Source of the DNA: Naegleria gruberi | Lineage: Eukaryota | DNA: 64,000 bases | Assembly: GCA_000004985.1 (NCBI GenBank) | Contig: GG738854.1 | Reading direction: 5' to 3' (one strand) | Position numbers and translations under genes: made by a program | Shown here: in pieces, positions 1 through 12,581 of the stretch | Layout of the letters: each line of letters opens with the position of its first letter | How positions within the stretch are numbered: the stretch's first letter is position 1 | The notes under the pieces: generated by a model | Seen by the model: only the letters and a program-made list of their open reading frames with translations | Told to the model about the DNA's origin: nothing | The model's database searches: none

Positions 1-3000
1 NNNNNNNNNNNNNNNNNNNNNNNNNNNNNNNNNNNNNNNNNNNNNNNNNNNNNNNNNNNNNNNNNNNNNNNNNNNNNNNNNNNNNNNNNNNNNNNNNNNN
101 NNNNNNNNNNNNNNNNNNNNNNNNNNNNNNNNNNNNNNNNNNNNNNNNNNNNNNNNNNNNNNNNNNNNNNNNNNNNNNNNNNNNNNNNNNNNNNNNNNNN
201 NNNNNNNNNNNNNNNNNNNNNNNNNNNNNNNNNNNNNNNNNNNNNNNNNNNNNNNNNNNNNNNNNNNNNNNNNNNNNNNNNNNNNNNNNNNNNNNNNNNN
301 NNNNNNNNNNNNNNNNNNNNNNNNNNNNNNNNNNNNNNNNNNNNNNNNNNNNNNNNNNNNNNNNNNNNNNNNNNNNNNNNNNNNNNNNNNNNNNNNNNNN
401 NNNNNNNNNNNNNNNNNNNNNNNNNNNNNNNNNNNNNNNNNNNNNNNNNNNNNNNNNNNNNNNNNNNNNNNNNNNNNNNNNNNNNNNNNNNNNNNNNNNN
501 NNNNNNNNNNNNNNNNNNNNNNNNNNNNNNNNNNNNNNNNNNNNNNNNNNNNNNNNNNNNNNNNNNNNNNNNNNNNNNNNNNNNNNNNNNNNNNNNNNNN
601 NNNNNNNNNNNNNNNNNNNNNNNNNNNNNNNNNNNNNNNNNNNNNNNNNNNNNNNNNNNNNNNNNNNNNNNNNNNNNNNNNNNNNNNNNNNNNNNNNNNN
701 NNNNNNNNNNNNNNNNNNNNNNNNNNNNNNNNNNNNNNNNNNNNNNNNNNNNNNNNNNNNNNNNNNNNNNNNNNNNNNNNNNNNNNNNNNNNNNNNNNNN
801 NNNNNNNNNNNNNNNNNNNNNNNNNNNNNNNNNNNNNNNNNNNNNNNNNNNNNNNNNNNNNNNNNNNNNNNNNNNNNNNNNNNNNNNNNNNNNNNNNNNN
901 NNNNNNNNNNNNNNNNNNNNNNNNNNNNNNNNNNNNNNNNNNNNNNNNNNNNNNNNNNNNNNNNNNNNNNNNNNNNNNNNNNNNNNNNNNNNNNNNNNNN
1001 NNNNNNNNNNNNNNNNNNNNNNNNNNNNNNNNNNNNNNNNNNNNNNNNNNNNNNNNNNNNNNNNNNNNNNNNNNNNNNNNNNNNNNNNNNNNNNNNNNNN
1101 NNNNNNNNNNNNNNNNNNNNNNNNNNNNNNNNNNNNNNNNNNNNNNNNNNNNNNNNNNNNNNNNNNNNNNNNNNNNNNNNNNNNNNNNNNNNNNNNNNNN
1201 NNNNNNNNNNNNNNNNNNNNNNNNNNNNNNNNNNNNNNNNNNNNNNNNNNNNNNNNNNNNNNNNNNNNNNNNNNNNNNNNNNNNNNNNNNNNNNNNNNNN
1301 NNNNNNNNNNNNNNNNNNNNNNNNNNNNNNNNNNNNNNNNNNNNNNNNNNNNNNNNNNNNNNNNNNNNNNNNNNNNNNNNNNNNNNNNNNNNNNNNNNNN
1401 NNNNNNNNNNNNNNNNNNNNNNNNNNNNNNNNNNNNNNNNNNNNNNNNNNNNNNNNNNNNNNNNNNNNNNNNNNNNNNNNNNNNNNNNNNNNNNNNNNNN
1501 NNNNNNNNNNNNNNNNNNNNNNNNNNNNNNNNNNNNNNNNNNNNNNNNNNNNNNNNNNNNNNNNNNNNNNNNNNNNNNNNNNNNNNNNNNNNNNNNNNNN
1601 NNNNNNNNNNNNNNNNNNNNNNNNNNNNNNNNNNNNNNNNNNNNNNNNNNNNNNNNNNNNNNNNNNNNNNNNNNNNNNNNNNNNNNNNNNNNNNNNNNNN
1701 NNNNNNNNNNNNNNNNNNNNNNNNNNNNNNNNNNNNNNNNNNNNNNNNNNNNNNNNNNNNNNNNNNNNNNNNNNNNNNNNNNNNNNNNNNNNNNNNNNNN
1801 NNNNNNNNNNNNNNNNNNNNNNNNNNNNNNNNNNNNNNNNNNNNNNNNNNNNNNNNNNNNNNNNNNNNNNNNNNNNNNNNNNNNNNNNNNNNNNNNNNNN
1901 NNNNNNNNNNNNNNNNNNNNNNNNNNNNNNNNNNNNNNNNNNNNNNNNNNNNNNNNNNNNNNNNNNNNNNNNNNNNNNNNNNNNNNNNNNNNNNNNNNNN
2001 NNNNNNNNNNNNNNNNNNNNNNNNNNNNNNNNNNNNNNNNNNNNNNNNNNNNNNNNNNNNNNNNNNNNNNNNNNNNNNNNNNNNNNNNNNNNNNNNNNNN
2101 NNNNNNNNNNNNNNNNNNNNNNNNNNNNNNNNNNNNNNNNNNNNNNNNNNNNNNNNNNNNNNNNNNNNNNNNNNNNNNNNNNNNNNNNNNNNNNNNNNNN
2201 NNNNNNNNNNNNNNNNNNNNNNNNNNNNNNNNNNNNNNNNNNNNNNNNNNNNNNNNNNNNNNNNNNNNNNNNNNNNNNNNNNNNNNNNNNNNNNNNNNNN
2301 NNNNNNNNNNNNNNNNNNNNNNNNNNNNNNNNNNNNNNNNNNNNNNNNNNNNNNNNNNNNNNNNNNNNNNNNNNNNNNNNNNNNNNNNNNNNNNNNNNNN
2401 NNNNNNNNNNNNNNNNNNNNNNNNNNNNNNNNNNNNNNNNNNNNNNNNNNNNNNNNNNNNNNNNNNNNNNNNNNNNNNNNNNNNNNNNNNNNNNNNNNNN
2501 NNNNNNNNNNNNNNNNNNNNNNNNNNNNNNNNNNNNNNNNNNNNNNNNNNNNNNNNNNNNNNNNNNNNNNNNNNNNNNNNNNNNNNNNNNNNNNNNNNNN
2601 NNNNNNNNNNNNNNNNNNNNNNNNNNNNNNNNNNNNNNNNNNNNNNNNNNNNNNNNNNNNNNNNNNNNNNNNNNNNNNNNNNNNNNNNNNNNNNNNNNNN
2701 NNNNNNNNNNNNNNNNNNNNNNNNNNNNNNNNNNNNNNNNNNNNNNNNNNNNNNNNNNNNNNNNNNNNNNNNNNNNNNNNNNNNNNNNNNNNNNNNNNNN
2801 NNNNNNNNNNNNNNNNNNNNNNNNNNNNNNNNNNNNNNNNNNNNNNNNNNNNNNNNNNNNNNNNNNNNNNNNNNNNNNNNNNNNNNNNNNNNNNNNNNNN
2901 NNNNNNNNNNNNNNNNNNNNNNNNNNNNNNNNNNNNNNNNNNNNNNNNNNNNNNNNNNNNNNNNNNNNNNNNNNNNNNNNNNNNNNNNNNNNNNNNNNNN

Positions 3001-6000
3001 NNNNNNNNNNNNNNNNNNNNNNNNNNNNNNNNNNNNNNNNNNNNNNNNNNNNNNNNNNNNNNNNNNNNNNNNNNNNNNNNNNNNNNNNNNNNNNNNNNNN
3101 NNNNNNNNNNNNNNNNNNNNNNNNNNNNNNNNNNNNNNNNNNNNNNNNNNNNNNNNNNNNNNNNNNNNNNNNNNNNNNNNNNNNNNNNNNNNNNNNNNNN
3201 NNNNNNNNNNNNNNNNNNNNNNNNNNNNNNNNNNNNNNNNNNNNNNNNNNNNNNNNNNNNNNNNNNNNNNNNNNNNNNNNNNNNNNNNNNNNNNNNNNNN
3301 NNNNNNNNNNNNNNNNNNNNNNNNNNNNNNNNNNNNNNNNNNNNNNNNNNNNNNNNNNNNNNNNNNNNNNNNNNNNNNNNNNNNNNNNNNNNNNNNNNNN
3401 NNNNNNNNNNNNNNNNNNNNNNNNNNNNNNNNNNNNNNNNNNNNNNNNNNNNNNNNNNNNNNNNNNNNNNNNNNNNNNNNNNNNNNNNNNNNNNNNNNNN
3501 NNNNNNNNNNNNNNNNNNNNNNNNNNNNNNNNNNNNNNNNNNNNNNNNNNNNNNNNNNNNNNNNNNNNNNNNNNNNNNNNNNNNNNNNNNNNNNNNNNNN
3601 NNNNNNNNNNNNNNNNNNNNNNNNNNNNNNNNNNNNNNNNNNNNNNNNNNNNNNNNNNNNNNNNNNNNNNNNNNNNNNNNNNNNNNNNNNNNNNNNNNNN
3701 NNNNNNNNNNNNNNNNNNNNNNNNNNNNNNNNNNNNNNNNNNNNNNNNNNNNNNNNNNNNNNNNNNNNNNNNNNNNNNNNNNNNNNNNNNNNNNNNNNNN
3801 NNNNNNNNNNNNNNNNNNNNNNNNNNNNNNNNNNNNNNNNNNNNNNNNNNNNNNNNNNNNNNNNNNNNNNNNNNNNNNNNNNNNNNNNNNNNNNNNNNNN
3901 NNNNNNNNNNNNNNNNNNNNNNNNNNNNNNNNNNNNNNNNNNNNNNNNNNNNNNNNNNNNNNNNNNNNNNNNNNNNNNNNNNNNNNNNNNNNNNNNNNNN
4001 NNNNNNNNNNNNNNNNNNNNNNNNNNNNNNNNNNNNNNNNNNNNNNNNNNNNNNNNNNNNNNNNNNNNNNNNNNNNNNNNNNNNNNNNNNNNNNNNNNNN
4101 NNNNNNNNNNNNNNNNNNNNNNNNNNNNNNNNNNNNNNNNNNNNNNNNNNNNNNNNNNNNNNNNNNNNNNNNNNNNNNNNNNNNNNNNNNNNNNNNNNNN
4201 NNNNNNNNNNNNNNNNNNNNNNNNNNNNNNNNNNNNNNNNNNNNNNNNNNNNNNNNNNNNNNNNNNNNNNNNNNNNNNNNNNNNNNNNNNNNNNNNNNNN
4301 NNNNNNNNNNNNNNNNNNNNNNNNNNNNNNNNNNNNNNNNNNNNNNNNNNNNNNNNNNNNNNNNNNNNNNNNNNNNNNNNNNNNNNNNNNNNNNNNNNNN
4401 NNNNNNNNNNNNNNNNNNNNNNNNNNNNNNNNNNNNNNNNNNNNNNNNNNNNNNNNNNNNNNNNNNNNNNNNNNNNNNNNNNNNNNNNNNNNNNNNNNNN
4501 NNNNNNNNNNNNNNNNNNNNNNNNNNNNNNNNNNNNNNNNNNNNNNNNNNNNNNNNNNNNNNNNNNNNNNNNNNNNNNNNNNNNNNNNNNNNNNNNNNNN
4601 NNNNNNNNNNNNNNNNNNNNNNNNNNNNNNNNNNNNNNNNNNNNNNNNNNNNNNNNNNNNNNNNNNNNNNNNNNNNNNNNNNNNNNNNNNNNNNNNNNNN
4701 NNNNNNNNNNNNNNNNNNNNNNNNNNNNNNNNNNNNNNNNNNNNNNNNNNNNNNNNNNNNNNNNNNNNNNNNNNNNNNNNNNNNNNNNNNNNNNNNNNNN
4801 NNNNNNNNNNNNNNNNNNNNNNNNNNNNNNNNNNNNNNNNNNNNNNNNNNNNNNNNNNNNNNNNNNNNNNNNNNNNNNNNNNNNNNNNNNNNNNNNNNNN
4901 NNNNNNNNNNNNNNNNNNNNNNNNNNNNNNNNNNNNNNNNNNNNNNNNNNNNNNNNNNNNNNNNNNNNNNNNNNNNNNNNNNNNNNNNNNNNNNNNNNNN
5001 NNNNNNNNNNNNNNNNNNNNNNNNNNNNNNNNNNNNNNNNNNNNNNNNNNNNNNNNNNNNNNNNNNNNNNNNNNNNNNNNNNNNNNNNNNNNNNNNNNNN
5101 NNNNNNNNNNNNNNNNNNNNNNNNNNNNNNNNNNNNNNNNNNNNNNNNNNNNNNNNNNNNNNNNNNNNNNNNNNNNNNNNNNNNNNNNNNNNNNNNNNNN
5201 NNNNNNNNNNNNNNNNNNNNNNNNNNNNNNNNNNNNNNNNNNNNNNNNNNNNNNNNNNNNNNNNNNNNNNNNNNNNNNNNNNNNNNNNNNNNNNNNNNNN
5301 NNNNNNNNNNNNNNNNNNNNNNNNNNNNNNNNNNNNNNNNNNNNNNNNNNNNNNNNNNNNNNNNNNNNNNNNNNNNNNNNNNNNNNNNNNNNNNNNNNNN
5401 NNNNNNNNNNNNNNNNNNNNNNNNNNNNNNNNNNNNNNNNNNNNNNNNNNNNNNNNNNNNNNNNNNNNNNNNNNNNNNNNNNNNNNNNNNNNNNNNNNNN
5501 NNNNNNNNNNNNNNNNNNNNNNNNNNNNNNNNNNNNNNNNNNNNNNNNNNNNNNNNNNNNNNNNNNNNNNNNNNNNNNNNNNNNNNNNNNNNNNNNNNNN
5601 NNNNNNNNNNNNNNNNNNNNNNNNNNNNNNNNNNNNNNNNNNNNNNNNNNNNNNNNNNNNNNNNNNNNNNNNNNNNNNNNNNNNNNNNNNNNNNNNNNNN
5701 NNNNNNNNNNNNNNNNNNNNNNNNNNNNNNNNNNNNNNNNNNNNNNNNNNNNNNNNNNNNNNNNNNNNNNNNNNNNNNNNNNNNNNNNNNNNNNNNNNNN
5801 NNNNNNNNNNNNNNNNNNNNNNNNNNNNNNNNNNNNNNNNNNNNNNNNNNNNNNNNNNNNNNNNNNNNNNNNNNNNNNNNNNNNNNNNNNNNNNNNNNNN
5901 NNNNNNNNNNNNNNNNNNNNNNNNNNNNNNNNNNNNNNNNNNNNNNNNNNNNNNNNNNNNNNNNNNNNNNNNNNNNNNNNNNNNNNNNNNNNNNNNNNNN

Positions 6001-9000
6001 NNNNNNNNNNNNNNNNNNNNNNNNNNNNNNNNNNNNNNNNNNNNNNNNNNNNNNNNNNNNNNNNNNNNNNNNNNNNNNNNNNNNNNNNNNNNNNNNNNNN
6101 NNNNNNNNNNNNNNNNNNNNNNNNNNNNNNNNNNNNNNNNNNNNNNNNNNNNNNNNNNNNNNNNNNNNNNNNNNNNNNNNNNNNNNNNNNNNNNNNNNNN
6201 NNNNNNNNNNNNNNNNNNNNNNNNNNNNNNNNNNNNNNNNNNNNNNNNNNNNNNNNNNNNNNNNNNNNNNNNNNNNNNNNNNNNNNNNNNNNNNNNNNNN
6301 NNNNNNNNNNNNNNNNNNNNNNNNNNNNNNNNNNNNNNNNNNNNNNNNNNNNNNNNNNNNNNNNNNNNNNNNNNNNNNNNNNNNNNNNNNNNNNNNNNNN
6401 NNNNNNNNNNNNNNNNNNNNNNNNNNNNNNNNNNNNNNNNNNNNNNNNNNNNNNNNNNNNNNNNNNNNNNNNNNNNNNNNNNNNNNNNNNNNNNNNNNNN
6501 NNNNNNNNNNNNNNNNNNNNNNNNNNNNNNNNNNNNNNNNNNNNNNNNNNNNNNNNNNNNNNNNNNNNNNNNNNNNNNNNNNNNNNNNNNNNNNNNNNNN
6601 NNNNNNNNNNNNNNNNNNNNNNNNNNNNNNNNNNNNNNNNNNNNNNNNNNNNNNNNNNNNNNNNNNNNNNNNNNNNNNNNNNNNNNNNNNNNNNNNNNNN
6701 NNNNNNNNNNNNNNNNNNNNNNNNNNNNNNNNNNNNNNNNNNNNNNNNNNNNNNNNNNNNNNNNNNNNNNNNNNNNNNNNNNNNNNNNNNNNNNNNNNNN
6801 NNNNNNNNNNNNNNNNNNNNNNNNNNNNNNNNNNNNNNNNNNNNNNNNNNNNNNNNNNNNNNNNNNNNNNNNNNNNNNNNNNNNNNNNNNNNNNNNNNNN
6901 NNNNNNNNNNNNNNNNNNNNNNNNNNNNNNNNNNNNNNNNNNNNNNNNNNNNNNNNNNNNNNNNNNNNNNNNNNNNNNNNNNNNNNNNNNNNNNNNNNNN
7001 NNNNNNNNNNNNNNNNNNNNNNNNNNNNNNNNNNNNNNNNNNNNNNNNNNNNNNNNNNNNNNNNNNNNNNNNNNNNNNNNNNNNNNNNNNNNNNNNNNNN
7101 NNNNNNNNNNNNNNNNNNNNNNNNNNNNNNNNNNNNNNNNNNNNNNNNNNNNNNNNNNNNNNNNNNNNNNNNNNNNNNNNNNNNNNNNNNNNNNNNNNNN
7201 NNNNNNNNNNNNNNNNNNNNNNNNNNNNNNNNNNNNNNNNNNNNNNNNNNNNNNNNNNNNNNNNNNNNNNNNNNNNNNNNNNNNNNNNNNNNNNNNNNNN
7301 NNNNNNNNNNNNNNNNNNNNNNNNNNNNNNNNNNNNNNNNNNNNNNNNNNNNNNNNNNNNNNNNNNNNNNNNNNNNNNNNNNNNNNNNNNNNNNNNNNNN
7401 NNNNNNNNNNNNNNNNNNNNNNNNNNNNNNNNNNNNNNNNNNNNNNNNNNNNNNNNNNNNNNNNNNNNNNNNNNNNNNNNNNNNNNNNNNNNNNNNNNNN
7501 NNNNNNNNNNNNNNNNNNNNNNNNNNNNNNNNNNNNNNNNNNNNNNNNNNNNNNNNNNNNNNNNNNNNNNNNNNNNNNNNNNNNNNNNNNNNNNNNNNNN
7601 NNNNNNNNNNNNNNNNNNNNNNNNNNNNNNNNNNNNNNNNNNNNNNNNNNNNNNNNNNNNNNNNNNNNNNNNNNNNNNNNNNNNNNNNNNNNNNNNNNNN
7701 NNNNNNNNNNNNNNNNNNNNNNNNNNNNNNNNNNNNNNNNNNNNNNNNNNNNNNNNNNNNNNNNNNNNNNNNNNNNNNNNNNNNNNNNNNNNNNNNNNNN
7801 NNNNNNNNNNNNNNNNNNNNNNNNNNNNNNNNNNNNNNNNNNNNNNNNNNNNNNNNNNNNNNNNNNNNNNNNNNNNNNNNNNNNNNNNNNNNNNNNNNNN
7901 NNNNNNNNNNNNNNNNNNNNNNNNNNNNNNNNNNNNNNNNNNNNNNNNNNNNNNNNNNNNNNNNNNNNNNNNNNNNNNNNNNNNNNNNNNNNNNNNNNNN
8001 NNNNNNNNNNNNNNNNNNNNNNNNNNNNNNNNNNNNNNNNNNNNNNNNNNNNNNNNNNNNNNNNNNNNNNNNNNNNNNNNNNNNNNNNNNNNNNNNNNNN
8101 NNNNNNNNNNNNNNNNNNNNNNNNNNNNNNNNNNNNNNNNNNNNNNNNNNNNNNNNNNNNNNNNNNNNNNNNNNNNNNNNNNNNNNNNNNNNNNNNNNNN
8201 NNNNNNNNNNNNNNNNNNNNNNNNNNNNNNNNNNNNNNNNNNNNNNNNNNNNNNNNNNNNNNNNNNNNNNNNNNNNNNNNNNNNNNNNNNNNNNNNNNNN
8301 NNNNNNNNNNNNNNNNNNNNNNNNNNNNNNNNNNNNNNNNNNNNNNNNNNNNNNNNNNNNNNNNNNNNNNNNNNNNNNNNNNNNNNNNNNNNNNNNNNNN
8401 NNNNNNNNNNNNNNNNNNNNNNNNNNNNNNNNNNNNNNNNNNNNNNNNNNNNNNNNNNNNNNNNNNNNNNNNNNNNNNNNNNNNNNNNNNNNNNNNNNNN
8501 NNNNNNNNNNNNNNNNNNNNNNNNNNNNNNNNNNNNNNNNNNNNNNNNNNNNNNNNNNNNNNNNNNNNNNNNNNNNNNNNNNNNNNNNNNNNNNNNNNNN
8601 NNNNNNNNNNNNNNNNNNNNNNNNNNNNNNNNNNNNNNNNNNNNNNNNNNNNNNNNNNNNNNNNNNNNNNNNNNNNNNNNNNNNNNNNNNNNNNNNNNNN
8701 NNNNNNNNNNNNNNNNNNNNNNNNNNNNNNNNNNNNNNNNNNNNNNNNNNNNNNNNNNNNNNNNNNNNNNNNNNNNNNNNNNNNNNNNNNNNNNNNNNNN
8801 NNNNNNNNNNNNNNNNNNNNNNNNNNNNNNNNNNNNNNNNNNNNNNNNNNNNNNNNNNNNNNNNNNNNNNNNNNNNNNNNNNNNNNNNNNNNNNNNNNNN
8901 NNNNNNNNNNNNNNNNNNNNNNNNNNNNNNNNNNNNNNNNNNNNNNNNNNNNNNNNNNNNNNNNNNNNNNNNNNNNNNNNNNNNNNNNNNNNNNNNNNNN

Positions 9001-12000
9001 NNNNNNNNNNNNNNNNNNNNNNNNNNNNNNNNNNNNNNNNNNNNNNNNNNNNNNNNNNNNNNNNNNNNNNNNNNNNNNNNNNNNNNNNNNNNNNNNNNNN
9101 NNNNNNNNNNNNNNNNNNNNNNNNNNNNNNNNNNNNNNNNNNNNNNNNNNNNNNNNNNNNNNNNNNNNNNNNNNNNNNNNNNNNNNNNNNNNNNNNNNNN
9201 NNNNNNNNNNNNNNNNNNNNNNNNNNNNNNNNNNNNNNNNNNNNNNNNNNNNNNNNNNNNNNNNNNNNNNNNNNNNNNNNNNNNNNNNNNNNNNNNNNNN
9301 NNNNNNNNNNNNNNNNNNNNNNNNNNNNNNNNNNNNNNNNNNNNNNNNNNNNNNNNNNNNNNNNNNNNNNNNNNNNNNNNNNNNNNNNNNNNNNNNNNNN
9401 NNNNNNNNNNNNNNNNNNNNNNNNNNNNNNNNNNNNNNNNNNNNNNNNNNNNNNNNNNNNNNNNNNNNNNNNNNNNNNNNNNNNNNNNNNNNNNNNNNNN
9501 NNNNNNNNNNNNNNNNNNNNNNNNNNNNNNNNNNNNNNNNNNNNNNNNNNNNNNNNNNNNNNNNNNNNNNNNNNNNNNNNNNNNNNNNNNNNNNNNNNNN
9601 NNNNNNNNNNNNNNNNNNNNNNNNNNNNNNNNNNNNNNNNNNNNNNNNNNNNNNNNNNNNNNNNNNNNNNNNNNNNNNNNNNNNNNNNNNNNNNNNNNNN
9701 NNNNNNNNNNNNNNNNNNNNNNNNNNNNNNNNNNNNNNNNNNNNNNNNNNNNNNNNNNNNNNNNNNNNNNNNNNNNNNNNNNNNNNNNNNNNNNNNNNNN
9801 NNNNNNNNNNNNNNNNNNNNNNNNNNNNNNNNNNNNNNNNNNNNNNNNNNNNNNNNNNNNNNNNNNNNNNNNNNNNNNNNNNNNNNNNNNNNNNNNNNNN
9901 NNNNNNNNNNNNNNNNNNNNNNNNNNNNNNNNNNNNNNNNNNNNNNNNNNNNNNNNNNNNNNNNNNNNNNNNNNNNNNNNNNNNNNNNNNNNNNNNNNNN
10001 NNNNNNNNNNNNNNNNNNNNNNNNNNNNNNNNNNNNNNNNNNNNNNNNNNNNNNNNNNNNNNNNNNNNNNNNNNNNNNNNNNNNNNNNNNNNNNNNNNNN
10101 NNNNNNNNNNNNNNNNNNNNNNNNNNNNNNNNNNNNNNNNNNNNNNNNNNNNNNNNNNNNNNNNNNNNNNNNNNNNNNNNNNNNNNNNNNNNNNNNNNNN
10201 NNNNNNNNNNNNNNNNNNNNNNNNNNNNNNNNNNNNNNNNNNNNNNNNNNNNNNNNNNNNNNNNNNNNNNNNNNNNNNNNNNNNNNNNNNNNNNNNNNNN
10301 NNNNNNNNNNNNNNNNNNNNNNNNNNNNNNNNNNNNNNNNNNNNNNNNNNNNNNNNNNNNNNNNNNNNNNNNNNNNNNNNNNNNNNNNNNNNNNNNNNNN
10401 NNNNNNNNNNNNNNNNNNNNNNNNNNNNNNNNNNNNNNNNNNNNNNNNNNNNNNNNNNNNNNNNNNNNNNNNNNNNNNNNNNNNNNNNNNNNNNNNNNNN
10501 NNNNNNNNNNNNNNNNNNNNNNNNNNNNNNNNNNNNNNNNNNNNNNNNNNNNNNNNNNNNNNNNNNNNNNNNNNNNNNNNNNNNNNNNNNNNNNNNNNNN
10601 NNNNNNNNNNNNNNNNNNNNNNNNNNNNNNNNNNNNNNNNNNNNNNNNNNNNNNNNNNNNNNNNNNNNNNNNNNNNNNNNNNNNNNNNNNNNNNNNNNNN
10701 NNNNNNNNNNNNNNNNNNNNNNNNNNNNNNNNNNNNNNNNNNNNNNNNNNNNNNNNNNNNNNNNNNNNNNNNNNNNNNNNNNNNNNNNNNNNNNNNNNNN
10801 NNNNNNNNNNNNNNNNNNNNNNNNNNNNNNNNNNNNNNNNNNNNNNNNNNNNNNNNNNNNNNNNNNNNNNNNNNNNNNNNNNNNNNNNNNNNNNNNNNNN
10901 NNNNNNNNNNNNNNNNNNNNNNNNNNNNNNNNNNNNNNNNNNNNNNNNNNNNNNNNNNNNNNNNNNNNNNNNNNNNNNNNNNNNNNNNNNNNNNNNNNNN
11001 NNNNNNNNNNNNNNNNNNNNNNNNNNNNNNNNNNNNNNNNNNNNNNNNNNNNNNNNNNNNNNNNNNNNNNNNNNNNNNNNNNNNNNNNNNNNNNNNNNNN
11101 NNNNNNNNNNNNNNNNNNNNNNNNNNNNNNNNNNNNNNNNNNNNNNNNNNNNNNNNNNNNNNNNNNNNNNNNNNNNNNNNNNNNNNNNNNNNNNNNNNNN
11201 NNNNNNNNNNNNNNNNNNNNNNNNNNNNNNNNNNNNNNNNNNNNNNNNNNNNNNNNNNNNNNNNNNNNNNNNNNNNNNNNNNNNNNNNNNNNNNNNNNNN
11301 NNNNNNNNNNNNNNNNNNNNNNNNNNNNNNNNNNNNNNNNNNNNNNNNNNNNNNNNNNNNNNNNNNNNNNNNNNNNNNNNNNNNNNNNNNNNNNNNNNNN
11401 NNNNNNNNNNNNNNNNNNNNNNNNNNNNNNNNNNNNNNNNNNNNNNNNNNNNNNNNNNNNNNNNNNNNNNNNNNNNNNNNNNNNNNNNNNNNNNNNNNNN
11501 NNNNNNNNNNNNNNNNNNNNNNNNNNNNNNNNNNNNNNNNNNNNNNNNNNNNNNNNNNNNNNNNNNNNNNNNNNNNNNNNNNNNNNNNNNNNNNNNNNNN
11601 NNNNNNNNNNNNNNNNNNNNNNNNNNNNNNNNNNNNNNNNNNNNNNNNNNNNNNNNNNNNNNNNNNNNNNNNNNNNNNNNNNNNNNNNNNNNNNNNNNNN
11701 NNNNNNNNNNNNNNNNNNNNNNNNNNNNNNNNNNNNNNNNNNNNNNNNNNNNNNNNNNNNNNNNNNNNNNNNNNNNNNNNNNNNNNNNNNNNNNNNNNNN
11801 NNNNNNNNNNNNNNNNNNNNNNNNNNNNNNNNNNNNNNNNNNNNNNNNNNNNNNNNNNNNNNNNNNNNNNNNNNNNNNNNNNNNNNNNNNNNNNNNNNNN
11901 NNNNNNNNNNNNNNNNNNNNNNNNNNNNNNNNNNNNNNNNNNNNNNNNNNNNNNNNNNNNNNNNNNNNNNNNNNNNNNNNNNNNNNNNNNNNNNNNNNNN

Positions 12001-12464
12001 NNNNNNNNNNNNNNNNNNNNNNNNNNNNNNNNNNNNNNNNNNNNNNNNNNNNNNNNNNNNNNNNNNNNNNNNNNNNNNNNNNNNNNNNNNNNNNNNNNNN
12101 NNNNNNNNNNNNNNNNNNNNNNNNNNNNNNNNNNNNNNNNNNNNNNNNNNNNNNNNNNNNNNNNNNNNNNNNNNNNNNNNNNNNNNNNNNNNNNNNNNNN
12201 NNNNNNNNNNNNNNNNNNNNNNNNNNNNNNNNNNNNNNNNNNNNNNNNNNNNNNNNNNNNNNNNNNNNNNNNNNNNNNNNNNNNNNNNNNNNNNNNNNNN
12301 NNNNNNNNNNNNNNNNNNNNNNNNNNNNNNNNNNNNNNNNNNNNNNNNNNNNNNNNNNNNNNNNNNNNNNNNNNNNNNNNNNNNNNNNNNNNNNNNNNNN
12401 NNNNNNNNNNNNNNNNNNNNNNNNNNNNNNNNNNNNNNNNNNNNNNNNNNNNNNNNNNNNNNNN
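1..12464. other. Assembly gap (run of N)
   Basis: Uninterrupted n characters. No sequence is available, so nothing can be annotated here. Confidence 0.99.
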
Positions 12465-12581
12465 TCTTGATCGCAGATTGGAGAAAAATCATCTCCGATA
12501 GGAACATTGGAGATTTTATTTGTTGTCATTCATCACAATACAACATCACCAACTGTTGATCAATTTTAAAATCAAATAAAA

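Noticed and set aside
12476-12530. GGAGA/TCTCC palindromic cluster (12480..12513) upstream of the ACBP exon
   Set aside because: It sits at the very edge of the gap with no context. It could be a promoter element but is too short and too close to missing sequence to interpret.
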